DNA of 64,000 nt from Saprospiraceae bacterium (lineage in GTDB: Bacteria > Bacteroidota > Bacteroidia > Chitinophagales > Saprospiraceae): positions 108,607-172,606 of the forward strand of contig JAHDIN010000002.1 in NCBI GenBank assembly GCA_020630775.1, in the 5' to 3' direction. The translations under genes and the position numbers were made by a program. Every line of letters starts with the position of its first letter. Position 1 is the stretch's first letter. The notes under the pieces were generated by a model. That model searched no databases, was not told the origin of the DNA, and was given only the letters and a program-made list of their open reading frames with translations. Shown here piece after piece: positions 9,417 through 18,777 of the stretch.

Positions 9417-10576
9417 TAAAGCATATTTTTAAATTAATCTGGAATAAGAAAAGCAAGAATGCTTTGATGATTCTTGAAATTGCACTTTCATTCTTCGTGC
9501 TATTTGCAGGACTTACTTATATGCTCTTTAATATCGAAAAATTAAATGAGCCTATGGGTTTTGAAACTGACGATAAGTGGATGATTGATCTTGACAATTT
9601 ACATGACTTAGATTCCTCTCAAATTATTAAAGTTATTGATAATCTTGAACGCTCTTTGTTGGAAAAGGAGGAAATAGAAAATGTAAGTTTTACACAATAT
9701 ATGGCACCCTTCTCTGGCTCTTCCTCAAGTAGTCAATCCGAAGAAATGGGATTTAATATGTGGTCATTATTTGTATCATGTGATGTCGGATTAAGTGATG
9801 CTCTAGAAATGGAAATAAAAAATGGTCGCTGGTTCGAAAAGTCGGATTTAGATGCAGGGATAGAGCCTGTCGTTGTTAATTCTAAGTTTATTGACGAGTA
9901 TTTTTCGGGTAAGCCAATGGTCGATAGCCTTATTCAATTTCATCGAGATTATAAAATTATTGGTGTTGTTGAAGCTTATAAATATCAAGGACAATTTGAA
10001 GAGAATCACCCAACACTATTTAGACTAAAACCCAAGTACGAATGTAAGGATTATGTCATCTTGGATATGAAAGAAGATACCGGTTTAAATTTTGAAGAGG
10101 AATTATCAAGCATTGTAAGTTCAAACATAAATAAAGAGGGGTCTACTATTTTACAGTTGAGCAAGAGGCGGTTTGAAACAGGAAGAGACAAGTGGCTGCT
10201 TTTAGGTTCTATGATATTTATATGTGGGTTTTTATGCTTGAATGTTGCACTTGGCTTATTTGGTGTTTTATGGTTTAACATCCATAAACGTAAATCAGAA
10301 ATAGGCTTGCGACAAGCATTAGGTGCGCATACTTCTGATATATCAAAACAATTTATTTCGGAGGTGCTTATCTTAACTTTAATAGCTTTAGGAATAGGTG
10401 TTTTCTTTGCTATACAGATACCTATTTTAAAGATAACTGAGTTTGAAAGTCGATTCTTTTATAAGGCTACATGGATAGCATGCCTAGCAATTCTTGGATT
10501 GGTATTTATTTGTGCTTTGTTTCCAAGTATGCAAGCAGCTAAGATTACGCCTGCAAATTCTCTGCAGGAAGATTAG
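9413..10576 (+). CDS. ABC transporter permease, FtsX/MacB-type (second copy)
   Basis: Same architecture as the preceding gene (KSEIGLRQALGA motif). It overlaps the previous stop by 4 nt. Confidence 0.8.
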   Translation: MIKHIFKLIWNKKSKNALMILEIALSFFVLFAGLTYMLFNIEKLNEPMGFETDDKWMIDLDNLHDLDSSQIIKVIDNLERSLLEKEEIENVSFTQYMAPFSGSSSSSQSEEMGFNMWSLFVSCDVGLSDALEMEIKNGRWFEKSDLDAGIEPVVVNSKFIDEYFSGKPMVDSLIQFHRDYKIIGVVEAYKYQGQFEENHPTLFRLKPKYECKDYVILDMKEDTGLNFEEELSSIVSSNINKEGSTILQLSKRRFETGRDKWLLLGSMIFICGFLCLNVALGLFGVLWFNIHKRKSEIGLRQALGAHTSDISKQFISEVLILTLIALGIGVFFAIQIPILKITEFESRFFYKATWIACLAILGLVFICALFPSMQAAKITPANSLQED

Positions 10577-10617
10577 TTGGTTTTGGAATTTAGTATGAAT
10601 TAATTTAATTTACTTAA

Positions 10618-11964
10618 ATGAAGATACTGATCATTGATGATGATAGAACAGTTTGTTCAAGTTTGCTATTGTTGCTTGCCAAAAAAGGCTATCAAGTTGA
10701 AGCTATTCACAGCCCTCAATTGGCTTTAGAAAAAGTAAATGCATTCCAACCCAACCTCATTCTTCTGGATATGAATTTTACAATTGATACTTCAGGTAAA
10801 CAAGGAATTGAGCTTTTAAAACGTATACAATCTTCTGGAGCTGCGCCTTCAATTATATTAATGACAGGATGGGCAACTGTGCAATTGGCTGTTAAGGGTA
10901 TGAAATTAGGAGCACGTGATTTTATTGCAAAGCCTTGGGACAACAAAGATCTATTAGCTTCTATTAAGAGCATACTCGAATTGGATAATCATACTCAAAG
11001 TGATGCTAACGTAACCGCCCATGATTCGCGTATTATTGGTTCAAGTGATTTAATGAAGGAGGTAATGGATATGGTTTCTAAGGTAGCACCGACTGAAGCT
11101 AGTGTTTTGATAACTGGTGAAAGTGGAACAGGAAAAGAATTAATTGCTGAGGCAATTCATGAAAAAAGTAAGCGACAAGAAAATCCATTCATTAAAGTAA
11201 ATCTTGGAAGTATACCTGAGTCTTTATTTGAAAGTGAGATGTTTGGTCATATAAAGGGCGCATTTACAGGTGCCGAATTCGATAGAGTAGGTCGATTTGA
11301 AAAATCACATGAAGGCACTATATTTTTGGATGAGATTGGCGAATTAACACTCAATAATCAAGTGAAGATGCTGAGAGTTTTACAAGAAAAGACATTTGAA
11401 AAACTAGGTTCTAGTCAAACTCAAAGAATAAATGTTAGAGTTATCTCAGCAACAAATCGAGATTTACAAGAGATGGCCTACTCTGAGAAGTTTAGAGAGG
11501 ATTTATTTTATAGAATTAACTTGATAAATATACACTTGCCTCCATTAAGAGAGAGACGCTCTGATATTGTAGATTTGGTTCGTTATTTCGTTAAAAATGT
11601 TACTAATATTTATGGGATTGACCAACATTACATTGACGACGAAACTTTAACTTGGTTGTCGAGACAAAGTTATCCGGGTAACATCAGGCAATTAAAAAAT
11701 ATAGTTGAAAGTTCAGTGTTGCTTAACTTGGATAAGCAAACACTTTCAAGTAAGGAATTTATGAAAGCGTTTGAAAGAGCTAATAGACCAAGGTCCAATA
11801 CTGATACACTTGATTTAAAGTCGCTTGAAATTGATACCATTAAACGTGCATTAGCAAAATATAATAACTCGATTAGTCAATCGTCAAAAGCACTAGGTAT
11901 TACTCGGAGTTCTTTATATCGAAGATTGGAGAAATATAATATTATGAATGAGCCTGAAGCTTAA
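10618..11964 (+). CDS. Sigma-54-dependent response regulator (NtrC family)
   Basis: Receiver domain (IIDDD...LDMNF...KPW), an AAA+ domain with GESGTGKE and the GAFTGA loop, and a C-terminal Fis-type HTH (ISQSSKALGITRSSLYRRL). Confidence 0.9.
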   Translation: MKILIIDDDRTVCSSLLLLLAKKGYQVEAIHSPQLALEKVNAFQPNLILLDMNFTIDTSGKQGIELLKRIQSSGAAPSIILMTGWATVQLAVKGMKLGARDFIAKPWDNKDLLASIKSILELDNHTQSDANVTAHDSRIIGSSDLMKEVMDMVSKVAPTEASVLITGESGTGKELIAEAIHEKSKRQENPFIKVNLGSIPESLFESEMFGHIKGAFTGAEFDRVGRFEKSHEGTIFLDEIGELTLNNQVKMLRVLQEKTFEKLGSSQTQRINVRVISATNRDLQEMAYSEKFREDLFYRINLINIHLPPLRERRSDIVDLVRYFVKNVTNIYGIDQHYIDDETLTWLSRQSYPGNIRQLKNIVESSVLLNLDKQTLSSKEFMKAFERANRPRSNTDTLDLKSLEIDTIKRALAKYNNSISQSSKALGITRSSLYRRLEKYNIMNEPEA

Positions 11965-13258
11965 ATATATTTTATTTATAGCTCTATTGCATAGTGCATT
12001 GTTGGTGCTTATTTATTTTGTTTTTGCAAAAGATAAACACTACTTCATCGCTTGCGAGATTCTAGTCCTTATTAGTCTTTTATTTAGTGTTCATATTTAC
12101 AGATCCTTTACGAAGCCTTTTGAAATGCTTCAATCTGGTACAGATGCTATAAAAGCGGCAGATTTTACAATTAAGTATTTGAAAACTGGATTACCAGAAA
12201 TTGATAAGTTAGTTGAGGTCTATAATGAAATGATTGATAGATTAAGACGAGAGCGTACATTGTTGACCGAACAGAGTTATTTCATGCAGAAATTAATTGA
12301 TGTTACTCCCATTGGTATTTTGATCATGGATTATGATGGTAAAATAGCTGAGATTAATCCAGCAGCGCAACAAATACTTAATGTTCGTGCCAATGTAAAA
12401 GGTCAATTATTATCTGAACTAAATAACCCGCTTGTCATTGAAGCCTTGAAAATGAATGATGGTGAACGTAGGATTATTAGTGTATCAGGATCAACAAGGT
12501 ATAAGTGTCAAACCAATAACATTGTTCATCAAGGCTTTAAAAGGAAATTCATTTTAATTGATGATCTATCTCTTGATTTTTTGAAATCGGAAAAAGAAGC
12601 GTATGGACGTATTATTAGAATGATGGCCCACGAAGTGAATAATAGTATGGGAGCCATTAATTCTATTTTAGATACAGTTATTGAGTTTGGATTTGAGAAT
12701 AATGAGGATGAAATTTACACAGAATCTTTGCGAACAGCGCGCGATCGAAATCTAGGTCTTGCTAAATTTGTTGATAATTACGCATCAATTTTGAGATTGC
12801 CAAAACCTCATTTTCAAAAAACTGACTTAGCTAGTTTGTTGAAAAGGACTGGTCAATTATTTGTGCCTCAAGCCGCTGAAAAAGAGATTGAAATTATTTT
12901 TGAAGTACCTAACTATATGGTGGTGATCAATGCTGATCCAATCTTATTAGAACAAGCAGTGTCAAATATTATAAAGAATGCTATCGAGTCTATAGGATCT
13001 AAGGGGCAAGTAAAGGTGATTTGTCAAGCAGAAGCTTCAGCGTTTATCATATCAGATAATGGGGAAGGTATCACAAAAGAAAATCAACAAAATATATTTA
13101 AACCATTCTTTAGTACAAAACAGACAGGGCAGGGTGTGGGACTCATGTTGATCAGAGAGATTCTCTTAATGCACAAAGCTCAATTTGAATTAAAAACAAA
13201 TCAGGAGACTGGATGGACAAACTTTAGAGTAGTATTCAATAAAAAAGCCAAATCTTAG
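11948..13258 (+). CDS. Sensor histidine kinase (2 TM, PAS, HisKA, HATPase)
   Basis: H-box MAHEVNNSMGAI, N-box NIIKNAIES, G-boxes DNGEGI and GQGVGLMLIRE. It overlaps the regulator gene by 17 nt. Confidence 0.85.
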   Translation: MSLKLKYILFIALLHSALLVLIYFVFAKDKHYFIACEILVLISLLFSVHIYRSFTKPFEMLQSGTDAIKAADFTIKYLKTGLPEIDKLVEVYNEMIDRLRRERTLLTEQSYFMQKLIDVTPIGILIMDYDGKIAEINPAAQQILNVRANVKGQLLSELNNPLVIEALKMNDGERRIISVSGSTRYKCQTNNIVHQGFKRKFILIDDLSLDFLKSEKEAYGRIIRMMAHEVNNSMGAINSILDTVIEFGFENNEDEIYTESLRTARDRNLGLAKFVDNYASILRLPKPHFQKTDLASLLKRTGQLFVPQAAEKEIEIIFEVPNYMVVINADPILLEQAVSNIIKNAIESIGSKGQVKVICQAEASAFIISDNGEGITKENQQNIFKPFFSTKQTGQGVGLMLIREILLMHKAQFELKTNQETGWTNFRVVFNKKAKS

Positions 13259-13371
13259 TTTGATTTGGCTTTCTCGCTTGATTTAGCTTTCTTGTTCGAT
13301 TTCGGTCTTGCATTTCCGTAAGATCCTTTATTGATCTTGCCTTTTTTGGACTTTCTGTCACCTTTTCCCAT
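13255..13371 (-). CDS. 30S ribosomal protein bTHX (38 aa, absent from the ORF track)
   Basis: Hand translation gives MGKGDRKSKKGKINKGSYGNARPKSNKKAKSSEKAKSN. It is nearly collinear with the Thermus Thx peptide as I recall it ([26 protein letters not shown]). A TAAATTTG -7 box lies 17 nt upstream of the ATG. Confidence 0.7.
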   Translation of the reverse strand: MGKGDRKSKKGKINKGSYGNARPKSNKKAKSSEKAKSN

Positions 13372-13387
13372 AACTTTTAATTTGTCG

Positions 13388-13395
13388 CAAATTTA
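13388..13395 (-). promoter_or_regulatory. Bacteroidota-type -7 promoter box (TAAATTTG) for bTHX
   Basis: Exact match to the TAnnTTTG -7 consensus of Bacteroidota sigma-A promoters on the minus strand, 17 nt upstream of the bTHX ATG. Confidence 0.3.
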
Positions 13396-13549
13396 AACGA
13401 AGTCCTCGAAAAAGGAAATAGAGTTCTAAGTTTATTGCATAAATACTATGATTATAGAAGACTTATCACATATAGTTAAGAATTTGATAAATATGATGAC
13501 AGCTGATCACAATTTTATCAATAAGGTATCTTAGGTAAAAATCATTATA

Positions 13550-14056
13550 ATGCAACATCTATTAATTTCTTTCTTTTTATTGCTTACACTTCATCTTTCA
13601 GCTATTAATCCTCGTGACTCTTTGCCAGTAAGAAAATGGCAATATGGAATAGGGACTTCATTCATCTATAATGGTGCGGGAATTAGTGTAAATGATTATT
13701 TCGTATCAACTCAATTAAATTTAAGCACTAGACTGGCCCTGGAAGGCAGACTTGGATTTTCTCAATTTGAGGAAAGAAGCGCATTGGCAGAACCATCTTT
13801 TTTTACACAAAAGAATTACTTACATGCTGGCTTAAGGTTGAAATACTACTTTTTTGACGATCGTCGATTGTATACTGCTCTAGGGGTTTATAAACCTCTA
13901 AGTGTTAGTAAAACTATTGATGCTCCTAATATTGAATTTGATATTGGAACTCAAATAAAGCTGACGCCAAAAATGAACTTAAGTTTGGAAGTTAATACGA
14001 GATATCAAAAGAACTTCGGCATGCAAAATGGTGCCTCAATCAGAATAGGATTCTGA
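13550..14056 (+). CDS. Small outer-membrane beta-barrel protein (putative)
   Basis: Signal peptide, alternating hydrophobic beta-strand pattern and a C-terminal aromatic residue (IRIGF). Confidence 0.5.
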   Translation: MQHLLISFFLLLTLHLSAINPRDSLPVRKWQYGIGTSFIYNGAGISVNDYFVSTQLNLSTRLALEGRLGFSQFEERSALAEPSFFTQKNYLHAGLRLKYYFFDDRRLYTALGVYKPLSVSKTIDAPNIEFDIGTQIKLTPKMNLSLEVNTRYQKNFGMQNGASIRIGF

Positions 14057-14641
14057 TTATTTGGTTAGAATGCCTTTGAGTAATATTTGCTTTAATTGTA
14101 ACTCTAATTCTATCCTGTTCATCTTGTCATTTTTGTTATACCATGAGTATAACCAATGCAATGTGGATAGGATAGAATACAATGATAGGTTTAAATTTAC
14201 CGCATCATTAATAAGGCCCTGTTGTTGGCAATCTTTTAAGATAGACAGAAAGTCTTTCTCGTATGCATCACGTAAATTTTTGTAATCAGATAAAAAAGGT
14301 TCTTCTAAATGTACCCATTCGCCTGTAATCAAGGAGATGCTATCTGAGTATTTTAATGTCATGGATACGTGAAGGCTTACCAACTGATTCAACTTTTCAA
14401 TATTCGTTAATGAAGCTTGAAGGATTTCTTGCATGCCACTACTAAACTCCTGGGCAATATTCATTAGGAGGCTTGAAAGAATGTCCTTTTTAGAATTGAT
14501 ATGATTATAAAGGCTGGCTGCCTTCATGTCCATAGCCTCTGCAATATCTTGCATACTTGTAGCATTATAACCTTTCTTCCTAAAGAGGAAAGCCGCTTTT
14601 TCCTTTATAATTTGTTGTTTGCTTTTTTCTTGTATATCCAA
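14057..14641 (-). CDS. TetR/AcrR family transcriptional regulator
   Basis: N-terminal HTH (FRKKGYNATSMQDIAEAMDMKAASLYNHINSKKDIL) and a helical C-terminal ligand domain. Confidence 0.8.
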   Translation of the reverse strand: MDIQEKSKQQIIKEKAAFLFRKKGYNATSMQDIAEAMDMKAASLYNHINSKKDILSSLLMNIAQEFSSGMQEILQASLTNIEKLNQLVSLHVSMTLKYSDSISLITGEWVHLEEPFLSDYKNLRDAYEKDFLSILKDCQQQGLINDAVNLNLSLYSILSTLHWLYSWYNKNDKMNRIELELQLKQILLKGILTK

Positions 14642-14712
14642 AATATAAATCTACATAGTTTTAGATCATATATCCTTTACCATATTTCTTATACAGTAAA
14701 GCACATTACGTA

Positions 14713-15354
14713 TTAAGGCGCTAATCTTGTTACTGTCCAATGGCCATCATCTGACAATCTATATTTAAATCTATCATGATATCGATTATCACGACCTTGC
14801 CAAAATTCTACCATTGAAGGATTAACTATGAACCCTCCCCAAAAGTGAGGCAATGGCAATTGATCCTGATCTTTAAACTGTAATTCTACTTGTTTTCTTT
14901 TTTCATCTAAATAAGCTTCATCTATTTCTTGGCTTTGAGGTGAAGACCATGCACTTATTTGGCTGCCTCTCGGTCTAGAATTAAAATAACTTGAAGATGT
15001 CTGTTGGTCCACTTTGGTAGCTATCCCTTCTATACGCACTTGACGTTCTAATTCTTTCCACCAAAAGACAAGACTAACTTGAGGATGTCTAATAATTTCT
15101 TGTCCTTTTCTACTCGTATAATTGGTGTAAAAAATAAATCCTTTCGAACTAAAACCTTTAAGCAAAACGATTCTTGCGGAAGGTTGACCGTTGGTGCCAA
15201 CTGTAGCCAAAGTCATGGCATTAGGTTCTTTTAACTCTGATTTTTCGGCGTCCTGATACCACTGGTCAAATTGTGAAATGGGATCTGCTGAAAGATCTTC
15301 TTTGTTAAGTTCTGATAATTTGTACGTCTCTCTTACCTCTCCTAAATTGTTCAT
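14713..15354 (-). CDS. pdxH: Pyridoxamine 5'-phosphate oxidase
   Basis: 213 aa with RIVLLKG, FYTNYTSRKG and WGGF motifs and the characteristic C-terminal RLAP. Its ATG directly abuts the RND pump stop codon. Confidence 0.9.
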   Translation of the reverse strand: MNNLGEVRETYKLSELNKEDLSADPISQFDQWYQDAEKSELKEPNAMTLATVGTNGQPSARIVLLKGFSSKGFIFYTNYTSRKGQEIIRHPQVSLVFWWKELERQVRIEGIATKVDQQTSSSYFNSRPRGSQISAWSSPQSQEIDEAYLDEKRKQVELQFKDQDQLPLPHFWGGFIVNPSMVEFWQGRDNRYHDRFKYRLSDDGHWTVTRLAP

Positions 15355-18300
15355 TTATGCTAATCTTTTAAATAATCTGGTTGTACCACTTTTCATTCTA
15401 TAAGCTAACCAATACATAACTGGTACCACAACCAAAGTTAAGAATGTTGCGAAGATAATTCCATAGATTATGGTCCATGCCATTGGTCCCCACATCACTG
15501 TATTGTCTCCTCCTAAGAAAAATTGTGGATCCCAAGAACTTACGAATGAAAAGAAATTAAAGTTAAATCCAATAGCTAATGGTATTAAACCTAATACTGT
15601 TGTAATCGCTGTTAATAAAACAGGCCTTAATCTCGTAGCCCCTCCTTCTATGATACACGCTCTAACATCTTCTTTATCCATTTGACTCATTGATTCTAAG
15701 TTGAGACTGACACGTTTTCTCTTAATCAAAAGATTAATATAATCAACCAAAACAATGGCATTATTTACTACAATACCCGCCAAGGATATAATTCCTACTC
15801 CAGAGAATAGAATATTAAATTCTTGTCCTGTAATAACATATCCTAAGAATACTCCGATAGTACTAAAAAGTACAGATAGAATAATAATGAAAGGTGATAT
15901 TACTGAATTAAACTGCGTCACAAGAATTATAAAGATGCTGAATAAAGCAACCATGAAAGCACCAGATAAGAATTGTGTATCTTCGGCTTGTTGTTGTTGC
16001 TCACCAGTAAAAGCATATGTGTAGCCATCTGGTAATTCATAATCAGCCATTAATTCTTGTAGGTCTGCGTTTATTTCGTTTGCATTAAATCCTTCTAAAA
16101 TATTAGAACTAATAGTTACAACCCTTTCAGAGTTAATTCTTCTGATGGCATTATAGGTTGAGCTGTATTTAATATCCGCAACCGATGATATGGGTACCTG
16201 CGCCAATCTTCCTGTAGCTTGATCTCTAAAAGTAATTTTCTGATTAATCAATTTATCGATGTCGTTTCTATACGTTTCATTTAACCTAATCATAATAGGG
16301 TATTCATCTTCGCCTACTTTATATTTGGAGACTTCTTTTCCAAATACTGATGTCCTTAAGGCGGATCCTATTTGCGCGGTACTAATGCCAAACTTACGGG
16401 CTGCGTCTCTATCAATATTTATTAATAACTCTGGTTTGCCTAATTCTACATCTAATTTTAATTCTTCAATGCCACCAATATTTTGAGCATTGATAAACTT
16501 GATGAGTTTATCGCTTTGTACTAAAAGTGTATCTATTTTATCTCCTTTAATTTCTATGTTTACGGGTTTCCCTGCAGGCGGCCCACCAGCATTTTGATCA
16601 ACAGATATACTGACGCCAGGTTTTCCTTTTATCTTTTCTCGTATTTCATTCATAATATCAACTGTGCTGATATTACCTCTGTCTTTATACTCTAAAAACT
16701 GCACAGTCATCCTAGCCTTGTTAGGTGTTACTCCAGGTTCTGGAGGTGTATTGGGATCTGCTGTATTTTCTCCGATTTGAGTAAGAATGGCTTCAACAAT
16801 ACTTTCGTAAGGTTTGATGACTTCTGCCACATCTTGTTCGAGATCCTTCATAACTTTATTCGTCGCTTCAATATCACTTCCTATGGGTAATTCGACGAAT
16901 AGATTTACATATAAAGGATCAGTTTTTGGAAAGAAAGTCATCTTAGGCATAAAAATCCCAAATAGAATTATAGCGCCAACCAACATTCCAAATGTTGCAA
17001 TTAGTGTAGCAGTCGAGCGCCAACCTGTTAAACAGAAAGTAACAAATCTATTATATGTTCTTTCTAACCATGGTAGTACAGTATTCTGAAATCCAAATGA
17101 TGCCGGTCGAAGTATGAAATGATTAACCAAAGAAAGTATAGCTCCTATGAATAATAAATTTCTTAGCCAATCGATATCGCTTAGATGACTTAATCCAGCG
17201 AATAATAACATAACTACGACGCCGATAATTACATTACGCGTTTTTCTTCTTCTCACTATTTTATCATCAGCTCTTTCATCAACCTTCATAAACTTACTCG
17301 TTAGTACTGGGTTGATGACTAGTGCTACAAATAGTGAAGAACTTAAAACGATGATTAGTGTAATGGGCATGTATTGCATAAATATACCCATGACACCAGG
17401 CCAGAAAATCAAGGGCATAAATGCCGCTAGGGTAGTGGCAGTCGAGGCTATGATTGGCCACGCGACTTCCCCTGCGCCATATTTAGCTGCAAATTTTCCG
17501 TCATGTTTATTTTGCATGTATCTGTAAATGTTCTCTACCACCACAATTCCATTATCCACTAATAAACCAAGAGCAAGAATTAATGAAAATAATACGACTA
17601 TATTCATAGTTACATCAAACAGATAGAGTATCATTATTCCGGTCAACATAGATAACGGTATGGCAATACCCACGAACATCGCATTTCTTATGCCTAAGAA
17701 AAAGAGTAGAACCAACACAACTAGAATAACTCCAGAAATTATACTGTTTTCCAGGTTGCTTACTTCGTTTCTTGTATATACTGAAAGGTCATTAAATAAA
17801 CTGACGTTGAGCTTGTCTGGTAAATTAGGCTCGACGGTCTCAAGTACTTCCTTTAGTTTGTCAGCTGTTGATAAAAGATTTTCTCCACTTCTCTTGATGA
17901 CATCTAAAGAAATAACTGGAAGGACACCAGATCTTGAATAAGATGTTCTTTCTTCGAAACCATATTCTACATTAGCTATATCTCGAAGGTAAATGGATCT
18001 TTGATTTTCAGCTTTTACTATGAGGTTTTCAATTTCTTCAACTTTCTCAAATTGGCCTATGATTCTAATGGCACGTCGGTTATCGTTATTGATTATCTCT
18101 CCACCAGACATCGTCATATTCTCATAAGCAATAGCAGATTCTATATCTCCAAAACCTACTTTAAGTGACTGCATTTTTAATAAGTCAATATTGACTTTTA
18201 CTTCTCGCTCTAATGCACCCTTCATTTGAGCCTCAGATACTTCTGGGATATCTTCTACTTTGTCTTGAATATATTCGGCGTAGTTCCTCAAGTCGTCCAT

Positions 18301-18777
18301 AGAATAATCACCAGATATATTTATAGTGACAATTGGAATTTCAGCAAAGTTGACTTCTTGTATTATAGGATCTGCATCAAGGTCTGTGGGAAGATCTTTT
18401 TTAGCTTTATCGACGGCATCTTTAACCTTCTGTAAAGCGATATCCACATCCATATCTCCATCAAATTCTGCAATCTGTACGGAGTAATCTTGTACTGCAG
18501 TTGACGTTACTGTCTTTAGGCCAGTGATCGAGTTAATCTCATTTTCGATAGGTCGAGATATGAGATTTTCTATTTCTTCTGCAGAGTTACCGAAATAGGG
18601 GGTGTTGATATAGATCGTTGTTAATGACGCCTCAGGATACTGTTCCTTTGGCATGAGATTATAACTCCTTAAACCAAATAATAGAATCATGAATGTGAGC
18701 AAAAAAATGCTCGTAGCATTATCAACAGCTAAAGAGGTAAGTTTAAACTCTCTTAATTCTTCTAATATTTTACTCAT
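15355..18777 (-). CDS. RND efflux transporter permease (AcrB/HAE1-like)
   Basis: 1140 aa. Two blocks of TM helices each follow a large soluble loop, which is the AcrB-like internal duplication. It sits downstream of adaptor and TolC genes. Confidence 0.9.
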   Translation of the reverse strand: MSKILEELREFKLTSLAVDNATSIFLLTFMILLFGLRSYNLMPKEQYPEASLTTIYINTPYFGNSAEEIENLISRPIENEINSITGLKTVTSTAVQDYSVQIAEFDGDMDVDIALQKVKDAVDKAKKDLPTDLDADPIIQEVNFAEIPIVTINISGDYSMDDLRNYAEYIQDKVEDIPEVSEAQMKGALEREVKVNIDLLKMQSLKVGFGDIESAIAYENMTMSGGEIINNDNRRAIRIIGQFEKVEEIENLIVKAENQRSIYLRDIANVEYGFEERTSYSRSGVLPVISLDVIKRSGENLLSTADKLKEVLETVEPNLPDKLNVSLFNDLSVYTRNEVSNLENSIISGVILVVLVLLFFLGIRNAMFVGIAIPLSMLTGIMILYLFDVTMNIVVLFSLILALGLLVDNGIVVVENIYRYMQNKHDGKFAAKYGAGEVAWPIIASTATTLAAFMPLIFWPGVMGIFMQYMPITLIIVLSSSLFVALVINPVLTSKFMKVDERADDKIVRRRKTRNVIIGVVVMLLFAGLSHLSDIDWLRNLLFIGAILSLVNHFILRPASFGFQNTVLPWLERTYNRFVTFCLTGWRSTATLIATFGMLVGAIILFGIFMPKMTFFPKTDPLYVNLFVELPIGSDIEATNKVMKDLEQDVAEVIKPYESIVEAILTQIGENTADPNTPPEPGVTPNKARMTVQFLEYKDRGNISTVDIMNEIREKIKGKPGVSISVDQNAGGPPAGKPVNIEIKGDKIDTLLVQSDKLIKFINAQNIGGIEELKLDVELGKPELLINIDRDAARKFGISTAQIGSALRTSVFGKEVSKYKVGEDEYPIMIRLNETYRNDIDKLINQKITFRDQATGRLAQVPISSVADIKYSSTYNAIRRINSERVVTISSNILEGFNANEINADLQELMADYELPDGYTYAFTGEQQQQAEDTQFLSGAFMVALFSIFIILVTQFNSVISPFIIILSVLFSTIGVFLGYVITGQEFNILFSGVGIISLAGIVVNNAIVLVDYINLLIKRKRVSLNLESMSQMDKEDVRACIIEGGATRLRPVLLTAITTVLGLIPLAIGFNFNFFSFVSSWDPQFFLGGDNTVMWGPMAWTIIYGIIFATFLTLVVVPVMYWLAYRMKSGTTRLFKRLA

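Noticed and set aside
13448-13534. 28-codon ORF upstream of the beta-barrel gene
   Set aside because: It has no motif, and its AT-rich composition makes chance ORFs of this size common. It more likely falls in the promoter or 5' region of the 13550 gene.
15470-18435. Seven 69-93 aa ORFs on the plus strand inside the RND pump gene (15470, 15755, 16259, 16814, 17312, 17660, 18226)
   Set aside because: All are antisense to a long, motif-rich pump ORF. They have low-complexity composition typical of reverse-frame translation of membrane genes and no start context or motifs. The same reasoning applies to the other short antisense ORFs in the track, such as 5297, 10051, 10716, 19092, 20817, 21083, 58215, 59199, 59570 and 60014.
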